64,000 nucleotides of DNA from Barthelona sp. PCE (lineage: Eukaryota): assembly GCA_040285745.1 (NCBI GenBank), contig JAUFOR010000004.1, forward strand, positions 124,001 through 188,000. Reading direction: 5' to 3'. The stretch's first letter is position 1; every line of letters begins with the position of its first letter. A model generated the notes under the pieces. It did no database searches and was not told the origin of the DNA. It was given only the letters and a program-made list of their open reading frames with translations. The position numbers and the translations under genes are program-made. Below are positions 58,701 to 61,700 of the stretch, in pieces.

Positions 58701-61700
58701 CAGTCACGTCAGGACAGTTTAACATGTCTGGTGGTGATCTTCAGGGTGGTGGTTCTCTTTACGTCACAACCGGTGATTTCTACTGGGCTGGCGGAAACAT
58801 GAGCGGTTATGGTGACCTTGATGTTGGTGGAACATTACACATTATTACTTTGGATACCAAATTCTGGAGTGAAAGATCCATCATCTGTCGCGGTAATCTT
58901 TACTGGCAGGGTGGTGATCTCATTGCAGGAAACGATGGTAACATCAAGGTTCTCAACGGTGGTACTGTCTATGTTCAGGATGATTCCCGTCTTGTGATGG
59001 ATGGTACACTTGTTGTCGATGGTAACTGGATTTCTTATGGTGCATTCGAGCTGAGTTCTAGCATTGAACTGAGCGGTAACATGGAAATTTGGGACGGTGA
59101 TACCGAGCTGTATAACGGTGGTGTCATTGATGGTCAAATTTTCATCAACGAAACCGGTAAGCTTTCATTCCAGCAAGGTTTCTTCGTTCTCTCAGCCGAG
59201 TCAGTTATCTACGGTAATGGTTCACTCCATAACTTCAACGCCACGCTTCGTCTCTTCTCATCAATTAACATGCCTGGTACCTCCATCGTAACTGAAGGTG
59301 GTGCCATCTATCTCAAGGCTCCTGCGTCAATCAATAATTGTGGCGGTGGATTCTCTGTCTGGGCAGGTTTGGTTGATCTCTCTGGTGCTATTGACGCCAA
59401 GGAAGCATCTATTTGCGAGATGTGGATCAAGGGTGGTGACGTTGTTGTTCAATATGGTCTTAATCTGACTATTAACGATCGCATCCGTATTACTTCTGGT
59501 TCTCTCACGGCAAACGGTAACGTTAATTCATCCAGTACCACTTTATTAGAGGACGGTACTGTGAAGGGTACCGGTTTAATCGAATCATACGGTGTTGCTG
59601 TCTGGGGAGATGTCTTCTTCGATGAAGATGGTCAAACAATCTTCTACGGTGAAACAACGATTAACCAGACAACTCACTCTGTTCGCCAGCGTGAGATCCA
59701 ATTCTACGATGATACAACAATGACTACAGGTTCATTCGAGCTTGATTTCGGAGCTGTCATCATCAACCATGGTTACTTCACATTCACTGAGGTTAAGACA
59801 CTTGTTGATTTACTCAGTGACGTTAACAAACCATCTTCGTTCATCAACAGAGGTGAGTTTGAGATTGTCAAGGACTTTACATCCACCGCCAAACTCGACA
59901 ATTATGGTAATATAACAATAGGTAACCGTGTTGAATTCGTACTTCAGGCAGGTGGTGAGTTTACTCATCGCATGCACTCTGAGGCTACCACTTTTGTTTC
60001 AAACATTTACCTTGAGAAGGGTGCATTCACATTTGACGATGCATTAAACATCTCTGGTAAGCTTAACATTCTGTGGCTGAAGGATTCAATCACTGAAGTG
60101 TACGCTCGACTGGATAATGTGGGATCTTGGTTCGTTAACTTAACAACCGGTTCTGTCAACTTCCATCAAGCTGTCGATTTCGTCAACCCCACTTCAACGC
60201 TCATTGTTGTTGGTGGTAACGCCGTTCTGTTTAAGGACTTCGGTGTCACCGACACTCTACTGATTCCCAACATTCGCCTTCAGGATACTGGTGTTCTTAT
60301 TGTTGAGCGTGATCTTCACGTTAACGCTACATCACTTGATATGTACGACTCTACTGTCGCACGTTTCAGAGATGGTTCAATTGTTTACATCGACGAAGTC
60401 AACCAGAATTCAGGTATCGTTGAGGGTGCCGCTTCAGAGCTTCACATTCTCGATGAATTTATTTGGGATGCCGGTGCTCAGAACGGTTTCTCGGGTGTTA
60501 CAAAGTCTCACACCAAGACTATCATCCGTGGTACCGCATTCAAGTATCTTAGCGAGCGTCGTTTCATCTTTAATGGAATCACTGAATGGCAGCGTTCTTC
60601 AATTCGTCTTACTACAGGTGCTATCTTGGACATCTATGATGACTTCGAGGTATCGATCCCTGTTGACCAGACTATCCGCTGTGATACTGTGTGTGCAGAT
60701 GTTGAACTCAATTTATATGGTCACTTCTATAAGCTCACTGACTTATTGGTAAGCATTGATGTGCCTGTCGAAGTTGATGGTAACTTCAACATATCCGCTG
60801 GTGCTGTGAACATTGAGAACACTGATATTCGTATCACTGATACACTTGACGTTTCTGATGCTAACCTCACATTCATTAACACTAATGTTGATATTAGAGG
60901 TGTCGGTACTTTCATTTCAGAGGGTAACGTTACGATCGAGGATTCAACATTCACAACACGTGGTGAAGTTCAGCTTAACGGCGGCCGCTTTGACATCATT
61001 AATTCGGATATTGTTCTTCAGCAGAGGGAAGTTTTTAAGAATGAGCTTGTTAATGTCATCATTGAAAGCGGTTCTCAACTTCTTATTCCTTATTCATTCG
61101 ATTCCGAAACTACCATTGATAGATTCACACTCGATGGTGGTATTATTGACATAAGCGGTAAACTCACCGTTCCTCTCTCTGTTGAACTCATTAGTGGTAC
61201 TGTTAACGGCGATGGTTACTTGTACAGTTACAATGAATCCATCATTGTGAACCCAACATTCACTGATGAACTCACTGCCACTTTCATCAAGTACACTCTT
61301 ATTAACACACAGGGTGCACTTACCATGAATTATATCGATATGTGGTTCTATGATTCTCTTGAGGTAAACAGCACTTCACTAACTGTTGCTGATGGTGCTG
61401 CATTTAGAATCAACGAAAACTGTTCGTACTCTTCCGAAACTGCATTTACTGCATGGGACATTGGTATGAACGCACTCGACACTGCACTTTATGACCTCAA
61501 GGGTGTTATTGATATCAATATTGGAAGTGAGCGCTATACCATTTCCAACGCACAGCTTGTCGGTTCGATGCTCCTGGAGGATGGAGATGCTCGCTTCACT
61601 GGCTCTTACGTCCAGGTTGGTGAGCTCACCATTTCCAATGCCAATGTTGATTTCCGTGGCGGTTCCTCAAAGACAGTTGAATTCTGGTCTGCAAGTGAGG

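Larger units (their letters stand above)
34547..60500 (+). repeat. Degenerate protein-level super-repeat of about 250-300 aa in the giant ORF
   Basis: Recurring (W/F)xxGxxxG anchor at 34547, 35381, 36281, 49997, 50738, 51536, 56339, 57944, 58784, 60464; consecutive spacings 741-900 nt or multiples. Not visible as a DNA-level repeat. Confidence 0.75.
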
